Source: an uncultured delta proteobacterium (GTDB lineage Bacteria; Desulfobacterota; Desulfomonilia; Desulfomonilales; Desulfomonilaceae). From it: a stretch of DNA of 64,000 nt. The DNA lies in contig CAWBKB010000007.1 in NCBI GenBank assembly GCA_963789265.1, forward strand, positions 384,001-448,000, given 5' to 3'. Shown in pieces: positions 22,229-31,387 of this stretch (positions are counted from its first letter, which is position 1; the number at the start of each line of letters is the position of its first letter). The position numbers and the translations under genes were made by a program. The notes beneath the pieces were generated by a model. It did no database searches. It worked only from the letters and a program-made list of their open reading frames with translations, and had not been told where the DNA came from.

Positions 22229-24521
22229 ATGGAAAAGAAATTCAACGTAGTAGGCGCCAGATTGCCCATGATTGATGCCGCGGCCAAGGTCAACGGCTCC
22301 GCGCAATTCACCGACGACCTCGTCTTTCCGGGTATGCTGCACGGAAAAATTCTACGAAGTCCGTTACCGCACGCAAAGATACTCAATGTGGATGTGTCCA
22401 AGGCAGTGCGCCTTCCAGGGGTTAAGGGAGTCGTGACAGGCGAGGAAATCCCGGATCGTCAGTACGGAATAGTCCCCAAAGCCAGTGACGAATACGCACT
22501 CGCCAAAGGAAAAGTCCGATACATTGGTGACGAAGTGGCCGCGGTCTGCGCAATCGATCCGGAGATAGCCGAAGAAGCCGTAGACCTGATCGAGGTAGAT
22601 TATGAAGAGTTGCCCGCAGTGTTCGACCCGAGAGAGGCAATAAAAGAGGGCGCGCCGATCATACACGAAGGAGTGGCCAACAATACGTCTTTCGCAATAA
22701 AAAAGGAGTTCGGCGACGTAAAGAAGGCATTCGCGGAGAGCGCCCTGGTCTCTGAAGACACCTTCTATTCTCAGCCCGTGAACCATGCGCCTTTGGAACC
22801 GCACGCGGCAGTGGCGCAATACGATCCTATTAGAGGACAGATGGTGTTGTGGTCCAGCACGCAGATACCATTCTTCCTCAGAAGAAATCTGGCCGCCACT
22901 CTCCAGATGCCTGAAAGCAAAGTTCGTGTCATCAAACCCAAAGTGGGCGGAGGATTCGGCCAGAAGATCGACATGTTCGCCAAAGACTTCTGCGCCGCGT
23001 GGTTCGCCATAAAAACCGGTAGACCGGTCAAATTTGTTTATGAACGAGACGAAGTCTTCATTGTAACCCGCCAAAGGCACCCGATGTATCTAACCGTTAA
23101 GACCGGCATGAGCAAGGACGGAAAGATTCTGGGTCAACAATTTCTCTCCTATGCCGACGGCGGTGCATATAACGGTCCTGCACCGACCATGATGGCCTTA
23201 TCCTGCTTCTTCCTCATGGTTCCGTATCATGTGCCCAATCTGTTCTACGAGGGATACCATGTTTACACAAACAAGCCTGTTGGAGGGGCCATGCGGGGAC
23301 ACGGGATTCCGCAGGCTCGTTTCGCAGTGGAACGCCAACTGGACTTGATGACAGAGCGGCTGAATCTGGACCCCGCGGAAGTTCGCGCCAAGAACAGCAT
23401 CAAGGCAGGAGAAACCGCATCCCGGAGGATTCGTTATCCACACCTGCGGATTTGCCGAGAGCGTGAAACTGGCGTCTGAAGCCATTGGTTGGAAGGAAAA
23501 GCGAGGCAAGCTACCCTTCGGTCGAGGAGTGGGTCTCGGCGGAGCCTCGTTCCCCAGCGGGGTGACCAACATGAGCCACATCAGTTCGGGCGCAGTAGTC
23601 CAAGTAGGGCAGGACGGCGGAGTGAATGTGCTAACCGGCGCTGCGGACATAGGCCAAGGTGCTGAGACTGTGATCGGGCAAATAGTCGCGGAAGAACTCG
23701 GCGTCCCCTTTGAGGACATCAGAGTGACCGCGGCCGACACCGGAACCTGTCCCCTTGACTCGGGGACCTTTGGAAGCGGCGTGACCGTGAGAGCCGGCAA
23801 CGCGGCCCGCATAGCCGCCGAATCGGTGAAAAAGAAAATATTCGAGTGCGTGGCGGACGAGCTGGAAGCCAATCCCGCAGACCTCGTGGCCAAAGACGGG
23901 ATGATATTCGTGACCGGGTCGCCTGAAATCAAGATCTCCTTCAAGAAGGCTTTGAAAACATATCAATATCGTGACCTGCCGATGCCGCTCGTGGGACGAG
24001 CATCGTGGATGGCGGACACCAGCGAGCCCACGACCCTATTCAAGCAGCCGGGGAATTTCTCGCCGAATTATTCCTTCATGACTCAGGCTGCGGAAGTGGA
24101 AGTCGATACGACCACGGGGAAGGTCAAAGTTATCAAGATGGTGACTGCGCATGATTGCGGCCGGGCCATCAATCCCATGCTGGTTGAAGGGCAACTGGAA
24201 GGCTCGATTGCCGGCGGCATGGGACAAGCACTCTATGAGGATGTGATCGTGGAGAAAGGGCAGGTGATGAATCCGTCCTTCCTGGATTACGGCTTTCCCA
24301 CTACAATGGAAGTTCCGGAAATGGAATCCATTGATATCGAGACCGATGATCCTGTGGGGCCGTTCGGCGCAAAGGAAGCCGGAGAGGGAACGCAATTGTC
24401 ACCCGCACCCGCGATTGTGAACGCTATCTACGACGCGATAGGAGTGAACTTCAATGAGCTGCCGGTGACTCCGGAAAAAATATTGAAGGCTTTGGAGGAG
24501 AAGAAGAAAGAGAAGAGATAA
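22229..24521 (+). CDS. hcrA: Molybdopterin-binding subunit of 4-hydroxybenzoyl-CoA reductase-like enzyme; frameshift near 23413
   Basis: ILRSPLPHAKI, VGGGFGQK, GAMRGHG, DIGQG, GPFGAKEAGEG across two frames. Confidence 0.78.
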
Positions 24522-24530
24522 AAGTTTTCC

Positions 24531-24820
24531 GGTGGGACAGGCTTCCAGCCTGTCTATTGTGAATGACAGGCAGGATGCCTGTCCTATTATCAATTCTTCA
24601 CCCTCTTACCAGTAGGACAGGCTTCCAGCCTGTCACTTTCTTGGTGGGACAGGCTTCCAGCCTGTCTATTGGGAATGACAGGCAGGATGCCTGTCCTACT
24701 ATCAATTCTTCACCCTCTTACCAGTAGGACAGGCTTCCAGCCTGTCACTTTCTTGGTGCGACAGGCTTCCAGCCTGTCTATTGGGAATGACGGGCAGGAT
24801 GCCTGTCCTACTATCAATTC
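24531..24820. repeat. REP cluster with a 112-bp tandem period downstream of the RAYT gene
   Basis: Repeated GT(G/A)GGACAGGCTTCCAGCCTGTC and GACAGGCAGGATGCCTGTCCTAC; CCCTCTTACC at 24601 and 24713. Confidence 0.9.
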
Positions 24821-24821
24821 C

Positions 24822-25271
24822 TCACATCCGACGTCCTGCCCAGCGATAATCCTCAATCTCCGGCCACCGCTTCACAGGATTTCCCAGAATGTATTCTGTC
24901 TTCTGAAGCAACTCCGCTTCATCCCTCACAATGCGGTCAAAGTACTCGTCCTGCCAGACTGGCACGGCCCTTGTCCGAGTTTTTCTCAACGCGTTGGCGG
25001 TAAAAGATTTCCACGAATGGACGATCTGTTGCAAAGAATGCGTGTCAAAGGGGGATACGAGTACATGCACATGATCATCCATGACAACATAGGCAAGGAG
25101 CTCGTAGCGCTTGCCATCGAAATGTCTTATCGCGTCGGCCACCAAGGTCCTTTCCTCGGGATCGAGAACGGGTTGGGCCTTTCCAAGACGCCAGGTGACA
25201 AAGTAAAAGGAGCTCTCCATTCGCCAATGCGGGAGTTTCCGCCGATATGTGATTAAACGGGGTGTTTTCAA
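24822..25271 (-). CDS. REP-associated tyrosine transposase (RAYT, Y1 HUH family)
   Basis: YRRKLPHW, YFVTWRL, YVVMDDHVH (HUH), SWKSFTA, WQDEYFDRIVRD, YILGNPV; REPs on both sides; TTG start after GAGGT. Confidence 0.88.
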   Translation of the reverse strand: MKTPRLITYRRKLPHWRMESSFYFVTWRLGKAQPVLDPEERTLVADAIRHFDGKRYELLAYVVMDDHVHVLVSPFDTHSLQQIVHSWKSFTANALRKTRTRAVPVWQDEYFDRIVRDEAELLQKTEYILGNPVKRWPEIEDYRWAGRRM

Positions 25272-25432
25272 AGGCGAGACCTCTTTGCTCTGACCAATGA
25301 CAGGCAGGATGCCTGTCCCACTATCAATTCCCACCTTACCAGTAGGACGGGCTTCCAGCCTGTCATTTTCCTGGTTGCCAGGCAACGCCACCACACCAAA
25401 GGGGTGATTCATTTCCCGCGCCGCGGAATTCA

Positions 25433-25687
25433 TCATGCCTCACGCGAACCCCTCTCTTGTCGTTTCTCGGTAGTTCCATCGCATCTCTCGCGCGTTGCCA
25501 ATGACGGCACTAGAATTCTCACATTCGGATCGTGAATGCCTTTCAAATCAAGCATGTCTTGTGCGCCAACTCTCAATGACTCTAGAAGTTCCTCTTGCGT
25601 CCGTTCCTGGGCGTTCACGCCAGGCAGATCTGTCAACCAGCCGATCCACCATCCCTCGGCTTTCTCTATTACTGCGTTATATTCCAT
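25433..25687 (-). CDS. hicB: HicB-family antitoxin (C-terminus possibly degenerate)
   Basis: MEYNAVIEKAEGWWIGWLTDLPGVNAQERTQEELLESL. Confidence 0.75.
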   Translation of the reverse strand: MEYNAVIEKAEGWWIGWLTDLPGVNAQERTQEELLESLRVGAQDMLDLKGIHDPNVRILVPSLATRERCDGTTEKRQERGSREA

Positions 25688-25689
25688 GA

Positions 25690-25973
25690 TTACCTCACGA
25701 AGGGGATATCCAAGTCCTTGCAGATCCTTCCGTAAGTATTCTCGAAAGCGATCGCGGATTGCCCAGACAGAAGGGCAAGACATTGTCATTGCGAGGAGCA
25801 ACGCGACGAAGCAATCTCAGTTTTGGCCGTGTGGAGATTGCTTCGCTTCGCTCGCAATGACAACGGACAGAAAACTCCCCGCCCACCAGAATGGATGCGC
25901 ATGTTTCTTGCCCTCTCCGAACAAGTTCCGCTCCATGCCGCTCCAAGTGCTTTATAAGTGCATGTCGTTTCAT
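25690..25973 (-). pseudogene. hicA: HicA-family toxin gene interrupted by a palindromic repeat doublet
   Basis: N-terminus MKRHALIKHLERHGAELVR(EGKKH) and C-terminus RICKDLDIPFVR-stop separated by foreign sequence including the 25785-25861 repeat. Confidence 0.7.
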
Positions 25974-26003
25974 TTTACCACAATTGTTGGAGTGGAACTT
26001 GAT

Positions 26004-26219
26004 GGTGGGACAGGCTTCTAGCCTGTCACTTTTTCCAGTAGGACAGGCATCTTGCCTGTCATTCCGCCTTGGTTGAATCCTAAATTGACAGGCAGGATGC
26101 CTGTCCCACTTTGATATCCCCACCTGACCAGTAGGACAGGCTTCCAGCCTGTCACTTTCTTGGTGGGGCAGGCTGGAAGCCTGTCTGTTGAGAATGACAG
26201 GCAGGATGCCTGTCCTACC
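26004..26219. repeat. RAYT-type REP cluster
   Basis: Six copies of GT(G/A)GG(A/G)CAGGC-N4/5-GCCTGTC in both orientations. Confidence 0.85.
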
Positions 26220-26222
26220 AAT

Positions 26223-26250
26223 AAAAAACCCGGAGGCCTAAACCTCCGGG
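26223..26250 (-). terminator. Intrinsic terminator of the porin-like gene
   Basis: CCCGGAGG/CCTCCGGG stem followed by T6 on the minus strand. Confidence 0.75.
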
Positions 26251-26306
26251 CTCTATTTCACACCATATTGTGGGGGGCGGGCTAAAACCCACCCCGCCCT
26301 ACATTG

Positions 26307-28289
26307 TTAGAAATCAACCACTATGCTTCCTTGGAAGCCGATTATAGGATCGATACCACGATTCGGATTCACCGGGTATGGTACACCGTTGATCGTGGCC
26401 GTGACGGTTGATCCGTAGTCCACGTATGCCCACTTGAACCAGTCACCCGGCTGCCAGTAAGCAATGAGGGTGTTGAAGGTCATGCCTTCCAGCAGTTTCC
26501 AGTTCACACCGGCATCCCATTCCCATCCAAGATAGTTGTCAGGAACGTTGGGAACCGGGGCAAACTGACCGGGTGTGCCGCCGCCAAGAAACGCCAACGG
26601 CAAGCCGACCGCGCCATATTGTCCGAAATACGTAGAGCCGAATCCCGGGCTGACCCTGATAGTGTTGGGCACACCGCCGCGGTACGCAGCTACCGGCGTG
26701 CCGGTATTGCTGGCACGGTCCGCGTACATAAACGAAGTGAACACGTTCAGGTTGGCGGCGACCGCGTAATCCAACCGTGCAGCATATCCCAGGAAGTCCT
26801 GGAATGCGCCGTAACCTCTGACGTCATACGTATTGTTGCCTGTTCCGTAGAGGCCCATCAGGAACTGGTACGGGGCGATGGCTTCCCTCGCGCCGCCGAA
26901 TACGAGGAACTGGGTCTGCTTGTCATACACAGTCGCCGCACCATGATACGGGTCGGGGCCGCCGATGGCGCCCCAGTAGTCCAGGAACCCGCCGCGCCGG
27001 TCGTCACCGCTGTGATAGAAGCCCGCCAAAGTTAGCTTGGCAGGGCCGCATATCGCGCCAAGTTCGACTTCCCAGGCATCAGCCCATGTGGAAATGGACC
27101 GCCCACCCTTTTTCGTCGCGTCCGCGTACTCCCAGTCATATTCAACGTTGAGGAAAAATCTTCCATTGAAGTACTTGAAGTACATGGGAGACAACCAATA
27201 ATGAGTGTCCCCGACCATCGGATTATTTAAATTGTCCGCAAAGGTTCCCAAGCCGAGGTACACAACGGGAAACGCCGAGTTGTTGAAATCATCCGCTCCG
27301 TTGACTCCAGCAGGAGTGGAAAAGGTAGTACCACCTAATAGGCCAGGGACTATATCGCAGTGCGCGTCTTCGTGGAATAGAGGCACGAACAGCCAACCCA
27401 AATTCACCGGCCCGTTAGCGTACGTGAAAGCAAACACCGAGTCAAATTCGGACCTTGTGCGGTTCTTGTCGGTGCCCGCTGCCATAGTAAGGCCGGGTGT
27501 GTTTGTCAGAGTGGCCGCGGCGTTTACCGCGAAAGGATCGGCCCCGGCATCTCTCAGATTCATACCGGCGATAAAGGTTAATGGGCCGTAAGGCACCACA
27601 AGCACAATCTTCTCGTCGTCCAGATCTTTCTCATGCGCGGTGCTCCAACCAAGCCCGAAGTCAACCCCGCGGCGGCCCAGGACAAGGATTCCCCAGGGGA
27701 GCTGAGCGGTCATCCAGAACTTTTCCCACATGCCGGTACACATGCCGGTTGCTCCAGGGCCGTTGCCGTTGGTGCCGTCGTTTGTGATGTACCAGCCCGT
27801 GTAACCCAATGCTCGGCTGTAGTTGTCGGAAATGTAGGTGCCCATGCCAGTAAGACCAACATCTTGGCGAATGGGGTGATGGCCCCGGAGGTTTGTTCCG
27901 GTGAGCCAGTACTCACCTCTCAACCGAATCGCGGGGTTAACCCGGATTTCAGGGTACAGCCATACGCGCTGGTCCTGGATCGATGCATCCGAAGCCTTGG
28001 CTGCAAAGCCCTGGGCAAAAACATAATAGTTGGCGACATCGATATTGATCGCGTTATTTGCCGCAAAGCTGTAGACCGGGCCTGCAAAACCTTGGGTTCC
28101 ACCGGCGGCTGCACTAGGAGTAGTAAAGGGGGTATTGGGTCCACCGAAGAGGTCCCCCTGACCCATTCGTGAGAAGTAGCGATAGCGGAATTCCGCCTCG
28201 CCTGTCATGGCGAATTCCCACGCGAATGCGGGGAGAGCTATGGCTGCAATGAGCAGCACGCCCAACAGAATAGTAAAAAATCTTTTCAT
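26307..28289 (-). CDS. Large outer-membrane beta-barrel/porin-like protein
   Basis: GGAGG RBS, signal peptide ending AFA, aromatic/Gly-rich amphipathic strands, LGWEWDAGVNWKLLEG, C-terminal Phe. Confidence 0.75.
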   Translation of the reverse strand: MKRFFTILLGVLLIAAIALPAFAWEFAMTGEAEFRYRYFSRMGQGDLFGGPNTPFTTPSAAAGGTQGFAGPVYSFAANNAINIDVANYYVFAQGFAAKASDASIQDQRVWLYPEIRVNPAIRLRGEYWLTGTNLRGHHPIRQDVGLTGMGTYISDNYSRALGYTGWYITNDGTNGNGPGATGMCTGMWEKFWMTAQLPWGILVLGRRGVDFGLGWSTAHEKDLDDEKIVLVVPYGPLTFIAGMNLRDAGADPFAVNAAATLTNTPGLTMAAGTDKNRTRSEFDSVFAFTYANGPVNLGWLFVPLFHEDAHCDIVPGLLGGTTFSTPAGVNGADDFNNSAFPVVYLGLGTFADNLNNPMVGDTHYWLSPMYFKYFNGRFFLNVEYDWEYADATKKGGRSISTWADAWEVELGAICGPAKLTLAGFYHSGDDRRGGFLDYWGAIGGPDPYHGAATVYDKQTQFLVFGGAREAIAPYQFLMGLYGTGNNTYDVRGYGAFQDFLGYAARLDYAVAANLNVFTSFMYADRASNTGTPVAAYRGGVPNTIRVSPGFGSTYFGQYGAVGLPLAFLGGGTPGQFAPVPNVPDNYLGWEWDAGVNWKLLEGMTFNTLIAYWQPGDWFKWAYVDYGSTVTATINGVPYPVNPNRGIDPIIGFQGSIVVDF

Positions 28290-29304
28290 CTCTTCCTCCC
28301 AATCCAAAAAGAATCGAAAAAAGATGCCCTAAGGCAGTTAAACGCTGTACTCGTTTCGGCAGCCTCAACGCTCCCCCGAATTCCCCGCCGGCGGGGGATT
28401 CAGAAAAGCGCTAATTACGGCTTCTAGTCCGGTGAATCTCGAGTTCACCATCTGGTACAGATCTTCTGATTTCACATGTTTGTAACACCGGCCTAGCCTC
28501 GGTGTCAAGAAAAATTTGTATGATGGGGAATGGGGATGCGGCGGGAGCGGCGCTGACTAAGCGGTAGAAGGGTCGGGTACTTGTCGGCAGTGAGGTCAAC
28601 GACGTTAGAGTACATTTGCGACGAAGTGCCTGAAATTTTTATTTCATTAGAATTTGTATTATAGACTTATGAAAGGTATTTGCAAGTGTGTTTTGAAGCT
28701 GGCGTAGGATGTGGTGAGTCACACGGCAAGTGGGATGAACCGTCCCGCGGAACGCGGGATCAGCGTCCTGGGGATCTCCCGGCTTCTCGGCTGCATTTTT
28801 CGCGACCGATGCAGTTTCCTCCGCTTTCGCAGGGATCACCACGTTCAAGAGGACTGCCATTCGTCACCCCGGACCCCGATCCGGGGATGGTAGGGGCGAC
28901 CGCCGGTCGCCCAGGGCGAATGCCATTCGCCCCTACAGCCACATCCGCGGGCATGACGACAGGCAGGATGCCTGTCCCACCGACAAGGTGGGGATATGGT
29001 GGTTGGACAGGCTTCCAGCCTGTCATTTCCAACGCCGGCAGGGACGCCGGCGCTATCCCGCGGGACGCGGGATAGGACCGGCCTCCGTGCCGGTCTTCCT
29101 CGTTCCCAGGCCCGCGAGACGCGCATAGGCGTTAAGCGTCTAGCAGGACAACGTGCGCGGGAATGACGAAGAATCCGCAGATTGCGCAGATGCAAAAAGT
29201 CTGGATTCCCGCATGAGGGGGGATGGCGCGTTTTATATCTGTGTCATCTGCGTAATCTGTGGATGAGCCGGCTTCAGCGGCCCCGTATATGACCAGGGGG
29301 GCGT

Positions 29305-29389
29305 GTCATTGCGAGGAGCGGTGCGACGAAGCAATCTCCTGTACCGCTTCCGTTACCTTGTGAGATTGCTTCGCTGCGCTCGCAATCAC
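29305..29389. repeat. GTCATTGCGAG-type palindromic doublet downstream of GIY-YIG gene 1
   Basis: GTCATTGCGAGGAGCGGTGCGACGAAGCAATCTC ... GAGATTGCTTCGCTGCGCTCGCAATCAC. Confidence 0.85.
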
Positions 29390-29400
29390 AGGGTGATGTC

Positions 29401-29688
29401 CTACAAGTATTCATATAGATCCCGCCATTCGGGATTCATTGCTTCGATGAGGTCGATTTTTTTCTGGCGAGAGCCTGCCTTTATCTGTTTCTCACGGGCA
29501 ATGGCTGCGTGCACGTCATCTGTGACCTCATAGAACACCAGCTTGGAAACGTTGTACCGGTGAGTAAAACCCGGTACCAGCTTCTCTCGGTGCTGCCAGA
29601 CGCGTCTCCTGAGGTCGCGGGACACCCCCATGTACAGAACCGTGTTACTGCGATTGGTGAGGATGTTGACGTGGTATTGTCGATACAC
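29401..29688 (-). CDS. GIY-YIG nuclease family protein (small, stand-alone) 1
   Basis: YHVNILTN..VLYMGVSRDLRRRVWQH..GFTHRYNVSKLVFYE..AIAREKQIK..NPEWRDL. Confidence 0.88.
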   Translation of the reverse strand: MYRQYHVNILTNRSNTVLYMGVSRDLRRRVWQHREKLVPGFTHRYNVSKLVFYEVTDDVHAAIAREKQIKAGSRQKKIDLIEAMNPEWRDLYEYL

Positions 29689-29703
29689 GTTCTATAACTT
29701 TCC

Positions 29704-29829
29704 GAGATTGCTTCGCTTCGCTCGCAATGACAGGTGCCGATAATGTCATTGCGAGGAGTGAAACGACGAAGCAATCTCCTGTACCGATGTCACAACTTTC
29801 CGAGATTGCTTCGCTTCGCTCGCAATGAC
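29704..29829. repeat. Three GTCATTGCGAG-type palindromic units upstream of GIY-YIG gene 1
   Basis: GAGATTGCTTCGCTTCGCTCGCAATGAC at 29704 and 29802; opposite unit at 29745. Confidence 0.85.
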
Positions 29830-29937
29830 AGTAGGAGCAACCGGTGCGGAGGCCTGTCCTACCGCCGCGATGGTAGCGCCGGCGTCCCTGCCGGCGGATG
29901 ATGGGATGTGGCGGCACCCGAACGGCGGCCTTTGCCC

Positions 29938-30219
29938 CTACTTCAGCCTCTCCCTCGCGGAAGCCTCATCAATTCCGGGCACAAACAGGACCTTTTCACG
30001 TGAAGAACGGCCTCGCACTATGGTTATTGACGAAGGAGGCGCGCCAAGTTTCTTTCCAATGAATTTGAGCAGTTGTTTATTGGCCTTCCCTTCAACAGGA
30101 GGGGAGGTGAGCTTTACCGTCAAGCGATCGTCATGTTCCCGAATGACCGCATTTCTCGAAGAGTTGGGGGTCACGTTCACTCTTATGATGATGCCGTCTT
30201 TGTGTGCTTCGAGATACAT
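29938..30219 (-). CDS. DUF167/YggU family protein
   Basis: VNVTPNSSRN, VKLTSPPVEGKAN, IVRGRSSREK. Confidence 0.9.
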   Translation of the reverse strand: MYLEAHKDGIIIRVNVTPNSSRNAVIREHDDRLTVKLTSPPVEGKANKQLLKFIGKKLGAPPSSITIVRGRSSREKVLFVPGIDEASARERLK

Positions 30220-30450
30220 CGGGCGCTTCCTGCTTAGCTGGTGAAGTCAGTTGTGGGCTCCTTGGACCGCCGATATCCTTTCAAAGTCACCCTTTTCTAA
30301 AGGGGGATTTAGGGGGATTTTCAATGGGTTATCAGGAAATCCCCCCTGGCCCCCCTTTAAGAAAGGGGGGAACCCCGCGCTTCGCGGGACTGTCCCACCA
30401 TCATATCCCTACCTTACCGGTGGGACAGGCATCCTGCCTGTCACCGGCCT

Positions 30451-30750
30451 CTACTGCAGATTCATGGCGAGGTGGCGCAGAGTATCTATGAGGAACCGCT
30501 GCAGAAAAACGATGATCAGCAAAACTATAATTGGAGAGAAATCAATGCCCATGAACGGAAAAGGGAGCCAGCGACGGACGGTCGCAAACACCGGTTCCGT
30601 CACACTGTAGAGGAAACGCACAATCGGGTTATACGGGTCGGGGTTTACCCATGAGATCAATGCTGCAATGATCACGATCCACATGTAAATGGTAAGGACT
30701 ATGTTCAGCACTTCAGCAATGGCACCAAGAAAATTACCCAGAACAAACAT
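30451..30750 (-). CDS. YggT family membrane protein
   Basis: ALISWVNPDPYNPIVRFLYSVTEP, GIDFSPII. Confidence 0.92.
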   Translation of the reverse strand: MFVLGNFLGAIAEVLNIVLTIYMWIVIIAALISWVNPDPYNPIVRFLYSVTEPVFATVRRWLPFPFMGIDFSPIIVLLIIVFLQRFLIDTLRHLAMNLQ

Positions 30751-30898
30751 GGACCTTCTCGCTATTGAATATCAAGATAATACTTTTGTAGTTTGAAATT
30801 ATCAAGTTCATCACAATATGTCAAGTTGTTGTTCAGGATTCGCTGTCCGTTTGCCCCAATGCATGTCCCCCGCCCCGAGGACAACGCGACCAGGCCGA

Positions 30899-31053
30899 GT
30901 CGTCATTCTCGCGCACGCGGGAATCCAGGCATTGAATCTCAGTGGGACCGGCATCTTGCCGGTCGTCGTCATTCCCGCGTACGCGGGAATCCAGACTGGA
31001 CCCCGGATCTAGTCCGGGGTGACGACGTCATCCTCGCGCACTCGAGAATCCAG
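30899..31053. repeat. Downstream part of the 30-bp direct-repeat array (3 units)
   Basis: GTCGTCATT(C/T)-type repeats at 30899, 30965 and 31024; 36-bp and 29-bp intervals. Confidence 0.85.
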
Positions 31054-31054
31054 G

Positions 31055-31348
31055 CTATAACGTAATGACTTCGTACAGGTCTTTCCAATCCGGGTTCCTT
31101 TGCTCTATCAGATCCAACTTCCAAGCCCTTCTCCATTTCTTGATCTGTTTTTCCCTTGCTATTGCACTTTCGGCGGTATCATGAACTTCAAAATAGACGA
31201 GCCTGTTCACACCATACTTCATTGTAAAGCCTTCTACTAACTTTTGCTTGTGCTGCCAGGTCCTCTGAATCAAATTGGATGTCACCCCTGTATACAAGGT
31301 TCCGTTACGTTGACTCGCCAAGATGTAGACATGAAATTGCTTACTCAC
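31055..31348 (-). CDS. GIY-YIG nuclease family protein (small, stand-alone) 2
   Basis: FHVYILASQRNGTLYTGVTSNLIQRTWQHK..GFTMKYGVNRLVYFE..AIAREKQIKKWRRAWK..NPDWKDL; GAGG RBS then GTG. Confidence 0.9.
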   Translation of the reverse strand: MSKQFHVYILASQRNGTLYTGVTSNLIQRTWQHKQKLVEGFTMKYGVNRLVYFEVHDTAESAIAREKQIKKWRRAWKLDLIEQRNPDWKDLYEVITL

Positions 31349-31387
31349 TTCAACCTCATCTGGACCCCGGATCAGGTCCGGGGTGAC

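Noticed and set aside
28639..29195. Overlapping ORFs upstream of the porin-like gene
   Set aside because: Mosaic of palindromic repeats with no coding signal.
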